Below are positions 47,702 to 56,056 of a stretch of 64,000 nt of DNA, one piece after another (positions within the stretch are counted from its first letter, which is position 1; each line of letters starts with the position of its first letter). Origin of the DNA: Candidatus Latescibacterota bacterium (GTDB lineage Bacteria > Latescibacterota > UBA2968); the NCBI GenBank assembly GCA_965208125.1, contig OZ242320.1:5376001-5440000 (forward strand), written 5' to 3'. The position numbers and the translations under genes are program-made. Below the pieces are notes generated by a model. The model made no database searches and was not told the DNA's origin. It saw only the letters and a list, made by a program, of their open reading frames with translations.

Positions 47702-48394
47702 CTACCAGTACAATTTGAACGCCGTCCTGAAATCGAACATCGCAATGGGAAATACCCCGGGCAGATCCCACGCCTCCATCGGCCGCAAATCACCCAGAAT
47801 CATGTGATAACGCCCGCGAATATCCAGCCCGAATCGCCCCTGCACCACCGTCATGCCCAACCCCAAATTCGCACCCAAAGCCGTATGTTCATCCTCTCGA
47901 TCATCCAGCATCAGATCCTGATTCAAAGGCTCTTCTTTTTGTGCCGGATAAATCAGACCAGTAATCCGATCCTGATAATCGTAGAACCCCGCCCCCACAG
48001 CGATATAGGGCAAAAGCTGCAAATCGCTACCGGACTTTCGGGGATTCAGATACGCCAGCGCATTGATCAAAAAGCTGTTGAGGTTAAACCGAGAATTGGC
48101 ATCTGGACTCAAATATTTTTGCTTGTCAATGGGCCATGTAAATGCCAGACCTTCGATCTTTCCGTCATCCATTGTCATGTGATGGTATTCAAACTCCATC
48201 GTAGCGCGCGAACTGATCTGATAATCCAGCACCGCACCATAAACCTGAGAAGCCGAATACCGATCGTGAAACCCCAGCACGGGCACGCTGCGATTAAAAA
48301 ACACGCCAGCGCCGTATCGAGCCTCCTGGGCAGAAACCGGCACCGCGATCAACAATGCCAGCAGCCACACCTTCAACATCAAATATCTATTCAT
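47702..48394 (-). CDS. Outer-membrane beta-barrel protein
   Basis: Signal peptide (VPVSA), PYIAVGAG and aromatic C-terminus. SD AAGGAGG. Confidence 0.82.
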   Translation of the reverse strand: MNRYLMLKVWLLALLIAVPVSAQEARYGAGVFFNRSVPVLGFHDRYSASQVYGAVLDYQISSRATMEFEYHHMTMDDGKIEGLAFTWPIDKQKYLSPDANSRFNLNSFLINALAYLNPRKSGSDLQLLPYIAVGAGFYDYQDRITGLIYPAQKEEPLNQDLMLDDREDEHTALGANLGLGMTVVQGRFGLDIRGRYHMILGDLRPMEAWDLPGVFPIAMFDFRTAFKLYW

Positions 48395-48415
48395 AAATAT
48401 GCCTCCTTTTAACAA

Positions 48416-48520
48416 TCAACGGTTGTATAACATTCCACATCTCATATCATATTGCCTCCTTTCCAGGGAGTACAAGGGGTTCTCTCTATTGAAGTGATGT
48501 ACAACTCCGTAGAAGTTCAA
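48416..48520 (-). CDS. Candidate 34-aa leader ORF (MNFYGVVHHF...MRCGMLYNR)
   Basis: TTG start 10 nt after GGGGGAG. An internal AGGAGG allows an in-frame 9-aa start. It stops just before the OMP SD. Confidence 0.25.
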   Translation of the reverse strand: MNFYGVVHHFNRENPLYSLERRQYDMRCGMLYNR

Positions 48521-48548
48521 TTGTCGATATCTCCCCCTTTCTCAAGTA

Positions 48549-48577
48549 TTGACAAAAAAACATAAAATTGTTAAAGT
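48549..48577 (+). promoter_or_regulatory. Sigma-70 promoter with no downstream + strand CDS
   Basis: TTGACA-17 nt-TAAAGT with an extended TG. Confidence 0.6.
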
Positions 48578-48583
48578 CTGTCC

Positions 48584-48677
48584 TTTTTGTCGTCGTATGA
48601 TAGATTTCCGAATCTCCCATACGGCCACCTGGTCGTTAGCCCGATCTCGCCAAAGTTCGAAGGCTAACGGCCTTTTT
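48584..48677 (+). ncRNA. Candidate ~95-nt two-hairpin small/antisense RNA
   Basis: Promoter, then hairpin GTCGTATG..AGATT-tccg-AATCT..CATACGGC, then terminator GGTCGTTAGCC/GGCTAACGGCC-TTTTT. Confidence 0.5.
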
Positions 48678-48717
48678 AATTTGACCAAACAGAAATTCCT
48701 AATGTTCCAACCCTTGC

Positions 48718-49488
48718 TCAAACACCCAGCTTTTTGATAAACGCCAGATTCTTCGCGTGATCGGCATTTGGATCGTCGCCCGAAGGCGTCTCCAGAACAA
48801 TATACCCATCGTAACCGATCTCGCGCATCGCCGCATCTACCGAATCAAAATCCACGCGCCCGTCCCCCAATGCCTGTCGGTCCGTATCCTTCGCGTGAAT
48901 CATCCCAACACCCTCACTTCCCAGCTTCAAAATTTCCTCAGCCGGATCCTGTCCGCGCGTCATCGTATTGCCCGTATCGTGATAGACCTTCACCGCAGGA
49001 GACCCCACGCGGTCTAAAATCATCACCAGTTGATCTGCGCTAAATGTCGTCTCCAGATCCAAAATCACGTCGTGTTCTTCCGCAACATCACCCAGTGCTT
49101 TGAACCCATCCACCAGTTGATCCCATGTCGAATCCGGCCACTCATCCATATCTCGCGGAAACATCGGCACCAGAATATGCTGCGTATCAACCGCCGCACA
49201 AGATCCAATCACATGCGTCAAAATCTCAATACCTTCGGCGCGTATTTCCGCTTCGGGCAATGCGGGATGAAATTGTGAAAACACCCCCGGCGACAGTGAA
49301 GAAATCTCAACACCCGCCGCATCTGCCAATCCCTTCAGCTTCTCTGCCCCACCATCCTCCCACAAAATATTCTCCCCATAGTCTCGCCCAACACAAAATT
49401 CCACCCCATCAAATCCAATATCCTTCGCCACTGAAAATACCGCTTCCAGCGGTGCTTTTAACATATTATCTCGAATACCGTATTTCAC
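48718..49488 (-). CDS. Sugar-phosphate isomerase/epimerase (xylose-isomerase-like TIM barrel)
   Basis: GFDGVE, LET, DTGN, HAKD, LGDGRVDF and YIVLE. Confidence 0.9.
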   Translation of the reverse strand: MKYGIRDNMLKAPLEAVFSVAKDIGFDGVEFCVGRDYGENILWEDGGAEKLKGLADAAGVEISSLSPGVFSQFHPALPEAEIRAEGIEILTHVIGSCAAVDTQHILVPMFPRDMDEWPDSTWDQLVDGFKALGDVAEEHDVILDLETTFSADQLVMILDRVGSPAVKVYHDTGNTMTRGQDPAEEILKLGSEGVGMIHAKDTDRQALGDGRVDFDSVDAAMREIGYDGYIVLETPSGDDPNADHAKNLAFIKKLGV

Positions 49489-49500
49489 AACAGATCTCCT

Positions 49501-50604
49501 TTATCGTGTAATATCTAATTGCGGCAACACCGCACACAACATCTTCGCAAAGGCTTGCCGCTCGGCGGATGGCCCCACGGTCACGCGAATGCAGCGGTCG
49601 AGCGGAGCCACGCCCGGCATCCGCACGAAGACCCCGTGCTGCAAAAGCATCTGCATCAGCCGCCGCGCTCGCGCGCCACTACCCACGTCGAGGGCCACAA
49701 AATTAGTCGCCGAAGGCACCGTTTGCAGCCCCAATTCCGCCGCCAGCACCGCGTATTCCCGTCGGCCTTCCTCTACTTGCCGTACCACCGAGCGCACGAA
49801 CGCATCGTCGCCCAGCGAAGCAAGTGCCCCGGCCTGGGCGATGCGATTGACGCCAAAGTGATTGCGCACCTTGTCGAGCGCGACCACCACATCGCGGTGT
49901 GCCAGCGCGTAGCCGACCCTGGCCCCAGCCATGCCGTGCGCCTTGGAAAACGTCCGCAACCGCACCACCTGTGCCCGTTCCACTTCCAGCGGCAACAGGG
50001 CATCCTCCGGCGCGAAGTCGATATACGCCTCGTCGAGCAGCAACACACAATCCGGCGGCAACCCCGCGATAAAATCCCGCAACTCGTCGGCTCGCTGATA
50101 GGTGCCCATGGGGTTGTCGGGATTGGCCACGTAGATCAGCTTGGGGCGCACTTTCTGCGCCTTGTCCAACAGGGCCGGCAAGTCCTCCCGATCTGCGCGA
50201 TAGGGCACCTTGTGCAACACCGCCCCGTGCCCCTCGACGTGGTAGTTAAACGTGGGATAGGCCCCCAGCGACGTCACCACCGCGTCGCCCGGGTCGGCAA
50301 AAAGGCGCACCAAAAGCCCCAACAGCTCGTCAATCCCCGCACCCAAGACGACCTCTTCCCGCGCCACCCCGTGCCGCACCGCCAACGCCGAGCGCAGATC
50401 GTATCCCTCTGGATCGTTGTACCAATGCACTTGCTCCACCGCCTCTACCATGGCCTGCCGCGCCCGCGGCGAGATACCAAAATTGCTCTCGTTAGCCCCA
50501 ACTCGCAGGGCGAGCGGCTGCCCTTGCTCCCGCTCCAATGCCTCGGGCGGCACAAAGGGAACGGTCGCTGGCAGGGCGCGGACGATGTGCGTAAACGGCA
50601 ACAC
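49501..50604 (-). CDS. PLP-dependent aminotransferase class I/II, HisC-like
   Basis: ANES, NPDNPMG, DEAY and RTFSKAHGMAGARVGY. Confidence 0.9.
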   Translation of the reverse strand: MLPFTHIVRALPATVPFVPPEALEREQGQPLALRVGANESNFGISPRARQAMVEAVEQVHWYNDPEGYDLRSALAVRHGVAREEVVLGAGIDELLGLLVRLFADPGDAVVTSLGAYPTFNYHVEGHGAVLHKVPYRADREDLPALLDKAQKVRPKLIYVANPDNPMGTYQRADELRDFIAGLPPDCVLLLDEAYIDFAPEDALLPLEVERAQVVRLRTFSKAHGMAGARVGYALAHRDVVVALDKVRNHFGVNRIAQAGALASLGDDAFVRSVVRQVEEGRREYAVLAAELGLQTVPSATNFVALDVGSGARARRLMQMLLQHGVFVRMPGVAPLDRCIRVTVGPSAERQAFAKMLCAVLPQLDITR

Positions 50605-50607
50605 GGG

Positions 50608-51426
50608 TTAAGACCACACGTAGATTTCGTCGTCGTCTTCGGCATAGCCAATGAAGACGGCGAGCACCACCCGCGGATCGTCCCCCTGCACAGCAGGGAC
50701 CTCGTGGATGCAGCGCGTATTGAAGAAATACAAATCGCCCGGCTCGAGCGCGACCTCGCAGTGCGCCACGCCATGCGCGGCCGCATATTCGTGAAAACGG
50801 CCCTCAGCGATATACGGCTGTATCTCCTCGGTCCACAGACAGCGATGCAACACAGCCTGTACCCCAGGCCCTGCGGAATCCGCGTTCTGTACGCACAGCA
50901 CACCGGCAAATTGGTGGGTAAAGCGCGCCACCTCGTAGTTGAACCGCTTTTCGCGCAGAACGACGTGGTCGATGTGCGGACTATAGGCGTGGGTCTCGTA
51001 GTGGATGCGAAAGATGGCCGGGCCGTACAAGCGCCCGTCGCGCTCGCGCGCCGTCTTAACCTCCTTATTGGAAGCCAACGCCCGCAAGTGCCGATAGAGC
51101 AGTTGCACCGGGTCGAGCAAACCCGCAAAAAGGGTAGCAAAAAGCGCGTGCGTCTCCTCCGCATCTGCCAAGAACGCCTCTTGGTCGCCACCCAAGTTGC
51201 CGAGGCTGGTGCCAATGTCGATGCGCGTGCGCTCGTCGCCCGCAGCGCGCAGCAACCCGCACTCGGCAAAGCGTTCCATCAGCCGCTGACAATCGGCTGG
51301 CGTACAAACCTGAGGCAACAGAATCGCCGGTATCTCCGCCCGAGCCAAGGCGCCGAGCGGATCGGCGCACGCGTCCGGCCCCACGGGCCGCCAAGCGGCT
51401 CTTGTGTGACCCTGTGAATACTTCAA
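50608..51426 (-). CDS. Fe(II)/2OG dioxygenase superfamily protein
   Basis: PHID...GDLYFFN..CIHEV...R. Start uncertain (TTG at 51426 assumed). Confidence 0.72.
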   Translation of the reverse strand: MKYSQGHTRAAWRPVGPDACADPLGALARAEIPAILLPQVCTPADCQRLMERFAECGLLRAAGDERTRIDIGTSLGNLGGDQEAFLADAEETHALFATLFAGLLDPVQLLYRHLRALASNKEVKTARERDGRLYGPAIFRIHYETHAYSPHIDHVVLREKRFNYEVARFTHQFAGVLCVQNADSAGPGVQAVLHRCLWTEEIQPYIAEGRFHEYAAAHGVAHCEVALEPGDLYFFNTRCIHEVPAVQGDDPRVVLAVFIGYAEDDDEIYVWS

Positions 51427-51455
51427 TGCGGATCCTTTTAGCCTTTGCAGATGCC

Positions 51456-52829
51456 CTACGCCCAATTCTTCGGCCAGGCAAAATGCTCGTTAATATTTTC
51501 CACGTATTTCATCGGCTCATTGGGTTCAATATTAAACAGCGCGTCCAGCACCTCCAACCCGTGCTCGTAAGACTTTGTCTCCTTACTTTCGAGCACGCCA
51601 AATAGCATCATCGATTTATCACCCGACAAAACCGCCTCAAGCGTACGCTCCATATTGAGCCAATCAGGGTAAATGCACTCCAGCATAATTTTCTTAGGCA
51701 ACGGCGGCACGCGCAAAGGCTGAATGCCCTTCTTATTCACAATCGCAGGCACTTCCACTGCCACATCGTCGGGAATATCCGGTAAAACGCCGTGATTGGG
51801 GACATTCACCTGAAACTGACCTTCCACATTGTTCACCAGCCCATTCATAATCGGAATATGCTGCTCGTGCGTCATCTGATCGCCAAAAAGATCAACCGGC
51901 CGAATTTTCTCATCATAAGCCGCCGCCTTCATCTGCCCGTATTTTTCTGCCTTGCCCGCCAGCACTGCATCGCGTCCCGCTGGCGTGTCTTTACCGCCAT
52001 TGGGGTCGTACCAGTATTTCCGCGCATCCAGATCCGTGTGATACCACCAACCGCCTCGGCGGGGCGTATCGCCAATAGGCATCAAACCATACATCTTGTA
52101 TTGATGAATCGACGCGCGCGACATCTGCGTGGGAATCGCCTTGCCCTCTCGGGCCGACCGCTCCCAATACGCCTCGCTCTCCTCCGCAATCCACTGATCC
52201 AACTTCGGATACATATCCTCATTCTCAAAGATAAAATCCGTCATCCAAATATTGTGATTCAACCCTGGTGCCTGCCACGTCACCTCATCCGGATCCAATC
52301 CCAATGTGCGCGCCACACCCGCGTACCCGTAATGCCCGTGACACAACCCGCACACCTTGACCTCCGTCTCCCGCGTCATCAATGTAGTTCCGTCAAATAC
52401 CGGATTACCCGCCAGTAAAACCCACGCATCGGGACACAGCTTTTCCATATCTCTCGCCACATCCAGCATCAGTTGCAAATTGTAATACTCGGGCATCCCG
52501 GTCTTATCGTAAAAATACCCGAGCTTCGCCGTCATCTTGCGTCGCCGCTGCATAAAATACTCATTATGCGTCACCGTTGCCGTATTGATCACAAAATCGG
52601 CGTCCTTCAACGCGGCCTCCCGGCTCGTCGTCTTCTCAAACGTCATATCCGCGCTCAAATCCTCGGCATACCGCCGCCCGAGTTCGTAAATCACATCGAG
52701 CACTTCCTCGTTGATATCCATAAAACAAACGTGGCTGCCATTCAATTCCTTTGTCAGACACAAATCCTTCACCAACCCGAGCGAAAACACCACGCTACCC
52801 GCACCAAAAATCGTCACCTTATTTGCCAT
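51456..52829 (-). CDS. Glycoside hydrolase family 4 (NAD+/metal-dependent alpha-glycosidase)
   Basis: GAGSVVFS, DADFVINT, NP, GLCHG, GLNH and NVPNHG...VEVP. Confidence 0.92.
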   Translation of the reverse strand: MANKVTIFGAGSVVFSLGLVKDLCLTKELNGSHVCFMDINEEVLDVIYELGRRYAEDLSADMTFEKTTSREAALKDADFVINTATVTHNEYFMQRRRKMTAKLGYFYDKTGMPEYYNLQLMLDVARDMEKLCPDAWVLLAGNPVFDGTTLMTRETEVKVCGLCHGHYGYAGVARTLGLDPDEVTWQAPGLNHNIWMTDFIFENEDMYPKLDQWIAEESEAYWERSAREGKAIPTQMSRASIHQYKMYGLMPIGDTPRRGGWWYHTDLDARKYWYDPNGGKDTPAGRDAVLAGKAEKYGQMKAAAYDEKIRPVDLFGDQMTHEQHIPIMNGLVNNVEGQFQVNVPNHGVLPDIPDDVAVEVPAIVNKKGIQPLRVPPLPKKIMLECIYPDWLNMERTLEAVLSGDKSMMLFGVLESKETKSYEHGLEVLDALFNIEPNEPMKYVENINEHFAWPKNWA

Positions 52830-52919
52830 TACGCGCTCCCCATAAAAACGTGAAAGACAACACTCTCGAACAATTTACGACATCCTATCCTCCCCCGCCA
52901 GTGCTTTCCCCGTATATAC

Positions 52920-53708
52920 TCAACGATTCAGGCGCCTTTTCCACTCATCGCCATCAAATTGCGGGTGATACACTTCGCTGAAAAACCGACGGTGTTCTGG
53001 CGAAAGTGAATTGAGCATCTCTTCTGTAAACCCGGGTTTGTGATGGCGCACATTGATGTGATTATAAGCATAAAACAGAGCCATCCGCGGCTCGTCCTGT
53101 GTCCAAACACAAGACGTATGGCGCACAGCCTCAGAAAAAACCAGCAGAGAACCCGGCGGACAGCCATAAGTATCCCACACTCCTGAATCGGGATCGTCGA
53201 ACAAAGGTAGCTTTTTCCTGTAATTGGACTTATGGCTCCCCGGAATAAACGCCGTCCCCCCTTTGCCCTTCTCCACGCCATTTAATTCCCAAACCACCCT
53301 CGTCATCCCGGAATAAATCCGCCCATCGTGGTACTGATAGCTATAATTGGGATTCACGGACTTACCTCCGGCATGCGGCGTCCATCCCCTGTGATTATCT
53401 CCCTTAAAGCGATAAGACACAAACGCACCTTCCAGGCGGATCTTCTCGGTCTCATCGTCAATAACCGTATGCAACACCCGCATAATCGCCGGATGATCAA
53501 TTAATACCGACGCTGGACCACCTGGCAAACAACGCGCCTCGGGTGGCAGAGAATCTCTATCGGTACGCAATTTCTCACACTGTTCCACAATCGGCGCAAT
53601 CTCATCCTCGCTCAAAACAGCCGGAAAGAGAATATACCCCTTCAGGTCAAACATCACGGTCTCTTTCTCCGTCAAAGTCGGCGTCCACTCTTTAGTCGAA
53701 ATACCCAT
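52920..53708 (-). CDS. PhyH-like Fe(II)/2OG dioxygenase (H-A-G motif)
   Basis: FDLKGY, LIDHP, PHAGG, GGTAFIPGSHK and EAVRH. Confidence 0.85.
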   Translation of the reverse strand: MGISTKEWTPTLTEKETVMFDLKGYILFPAVLSEDEIAPIVEQCEKLRTDRDSLPPEARCLPGGPASVLIDHPAIMRVLHTVIDDETEKIRLEGAFVSYRFKGDNHRGWTPHAGGKSVNPNYSYQYHDGRIYSGMTRVVWELNGVEKGKGGTAFIPGSHKSNYRKKLPLFDDPDSGVWDTYGCPPGSLLVFSEAVRHTSCVWTQDEPRMALFYAYNHINVRHHKPGFTEEMLNSLSPEHRRFFSEVYHPQFDGDEWKRRLNR

Positions 53709-53724
53709 CGCAAAATCTCCCGTT

Positions 53725-55032
53725 TTAATTCCTCTCCACCCACCACATATCCCGATGCGCTTCAGCCAACACCTTGAGTTCTTGCGCCACATCGGGATAC
53801 TCGTCAATCACATTGGTCGTCTCGTAGGGATCGTTTTCCATATCAAAAAGCGACAACTCAATATGCGCGATCTCGTAGCGCCCAGGCTCTCCGTCATTGC
53901 CCGCTTCCACAAGCGTGCGATAATCGTGTGGCAAATGCAACTTCCACTTGCCATCTCCACTGACCACCCCATCGAAAGTTCGCCCGGTTGAAACCGGATA
54001 ATACACATGCGAATTCGTCGCATCTGGCTGGCACGTCACAATATCCCAAACATCGACGCCATCAATCGTATAATCCGGCAAATCCGCTCCCGCCAACTTT
54101 GCAAACGTCGGCAAAAAATCCACCGAACAAAATGCCTGATGCGATACCTCACCTGCGGGAATGCCATTGGGATAATGCATCACACACGCCGAACGCGTAC
54201 CCCCGTCAAAACCCGTCCCCTTTGCCTCGCGATAAGGCGTCTTCCCCGCGTGATTGCCATAAGAAATCCAGGGACCATTATCCGACGTAAAAACCACAAC
54301 CGTATCATCTGCCACGCCCGCTTTTTCAAGCGCATTCATAATCTCACCCACACACCAATCTATCTCCATCATCACATCGGCATACAAACCTTCACCCGAC
54401 TTTCCGTCGAACTTATTGCTACAAAACAGCGGCACATGCGGCATATTGTGGGGCACATACAGGAAAAACGGTTCATCGGCGTGACGCCCGATAAAATCGA
54501 CCGCATGCTCAGTGTACCAGGTCGTCAGCATCTTCTGCTGCTCTGGCGACACATCGTCAATAACAATCTCGCCATTTTTCCAGAACTGCAATCCAAACTT
54601 ATCAAAATTCCTGCTCTGAGGATGGTACTTCCACATATCGTTGGAATACATCAAACCCGACGACTCATCAAATCCCCGAGCGGGCGGGCGCGTATTCTCG
54701 TGATCGCCAATATGCCACTTGCCAAACACCCCTGTTGCATATCCCACTGGTTTAAGAACCTCTGCAATCGTGGCAAAACTCGGGTCCAAACCCCGCGCCC
54801 GGGGCGGAATCGCGCCATAAAGCTTATGCCTGCCCGGATAACACCCCGTCAACAACGAAGCTCGCGACGCCGAGCAAATCGCCTGGGGCACGTAAAACTG
54901 GTGATAACAACACCCGCCTGCAGCCAATTTCTCCACATTGGGCGTCGGATACGCCGTCTCTCCGAATGGCCGAAAATCCGCCCATCCGGAATCATCTAAA
55001 AAAATCACCACAAAATTTGGTCTTCGGTTCAA
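53725..55032 (-). CDS. Cys-type (FGly) sulfatase
   Basis: PNFVVIFLDD, CSASR, GKWHIG, PHVP and SDNGPW. TTG start after AAGGAGG. Confidence 0.93.
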   Translation of the reverse strand: MNRRPNFVVIFLDDSGWADFRPFGETAYPTPNVEKLAAGGCCYHQFYVPQAICSASRASLLTGCYPGRHKLYGAIPPRARGLDPSFATIAEVLKPVGYATGVFGKWHIGDHENTRPPARGFDESSGLMYSNDMWKYHPQSRNFDKFGLQFWKNGEIVIDDVSPEQQKMLTTWYTEHAVDFIGRHADEPFFLYVPHNMPHVPLFCSNKFDGKSGEGLYADVMMEIDWCVGEIMNALEKAGVADDTVVVFTSDNGPWISYGNHAGKTPYREAKGTGFDGGTRSACVMHYPNGIPAGEVSHQAFCSVDFLPTFAKLAGADLPDYTIDGVDVWDIVTCQPDATNSHVYYPVSTGRTFDGVVSGDGKWKLHLPHDYRTLVEAGNDGEPGRYEIAHIELSLFDMENDPYETTNVIDEYPDVAQELKVLAEAHRDMWWVERN

Positions 55033-55101
55033 GATAAAATCCTCCTTAAAAACTGTTTGCAGCATGCATTGTTCTTGACGACAACGCCCTACTACCCGAT
55101 T

Positions 55102-55131
55102 ATTATAGAACGAACCTGCTTTATCAGTCAA
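55102..55131 (-). promoter_or_regulatory. Sigma-70 promoter of the sulfatase
   Basis: Minus strand TTGACT-18 nt-TATAAT. Confidence 0.62.
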
Positions 55132-55148
55132 TCTCTATGGAGCTTTCA

Positions 55149-56051
55149 ATGGCAGCCATCTCCGAAGAAGCCACCTCTCACGTAACCGAAGACGACGTGG
55201 CTTTTTACCGCGAAAACGGATACCTCGTAATCCCCGATGCGCTCACCCCCGAAGAAGTCGAAATCCTGCGAGACGAAACCACAGCTCTGTGCCGAGGGGA
55301 GCGCGGCGACATAGGCAATTTACCAGCCATCTCGTCCGACGACACCGACGACGACGTGATCAAGCGCATCCTGTGTATCCACCACGTACACAGAATCTCG
55401 CCCACTATGTACGACGCGCTATCCCATCCCGTAATGGTTGATGGCCTCACCAGCGTCATCGGACCCAATGTCAAATGCATGCAATCCATGCTCTTCATCA
55501 AAAGCGCGGGCAAACCCGGACAAGCATGGCATCAGGACGAAATCTACATCCCCACCCGCGACCAGTCACTCACGGGTGGCTGGTTTGCTCTGGACGATGC
55601 CACGACTGAAAACGGCTGCTTATGGGTCATTCCCGGCTCGCATAAACGCGGCATATTGTGGCCCCAACACGTACAGCACGACAAGCGCTTTGACTGTGCC
55701 CATGAAACCTTCCGATTTCCCTACACAGATGACGACGCCATCCCCGTCGAAGTCAAAACAGGCGCGCTCGTCTTCTTTCACGGCTACTTACTCCACCGCT
55801 CGTTCCCCAACCGCGCCAAATCCGGCTTCCGTCGCGTACTCGTCAACCACTACATGAGCGCGGAATCCCTCCTCCCCTGGCGCAATTTGAAACCCGGCGA
55901 ACGCATGGCAACCGCAGACATGCGGGAAATCATCATGATCGCAGGCGAAGATCCCTATGCGTATAAAGGCACCAAAATAACGGGACAACCGCATGTGCGC
56001 ACGGCTGGCGATGGCGGATGCGGTGACGGCAGGCAAGACGTGCGATCCTGA
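55149..56051 (+). CDS. PhyH-family Fe(II)/2OG dioxygenase
   Basis: WHQDE, ENGCLWVIPGSH and LLHRS.PN...FRR. Confidence 0.92.
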   Translation: MAAISEEATSHVTEDDVAFYRENGYLVIPDALTPEEVEILRDETTALCRGERGDIGNLPAISSDDTDDDVIKRILCIHHVHRISPTMYDALSHPVMVDGLTSVIGPNVKCMQSMLFIKSAGKPGQAWHQDEIYIPTRDQSLTGGWFALDDATTENGCLWVIPGSHKRGILWPQHVQHDKRFDCAHETFRFPYTDDDAIPVEVKTGALVFFHGYLLHRSFPNRAKSGFRRVLVNHYMSAESLLPWRNLKPGERMATADMREIIMIAGEDPYAYKGTKITGQPHVRTAGDGGCGDGRQDVRS

Positions 56052-56056
56052 AACTC

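Noticed and set aside
49519-51417. 632-aa + strand ORF (also 43439..44764, 39675..40742, 59562..60617)
   Set aside because: These are antisense shadows of motif-bearing minus-strand genes and have no recognisable motifs.
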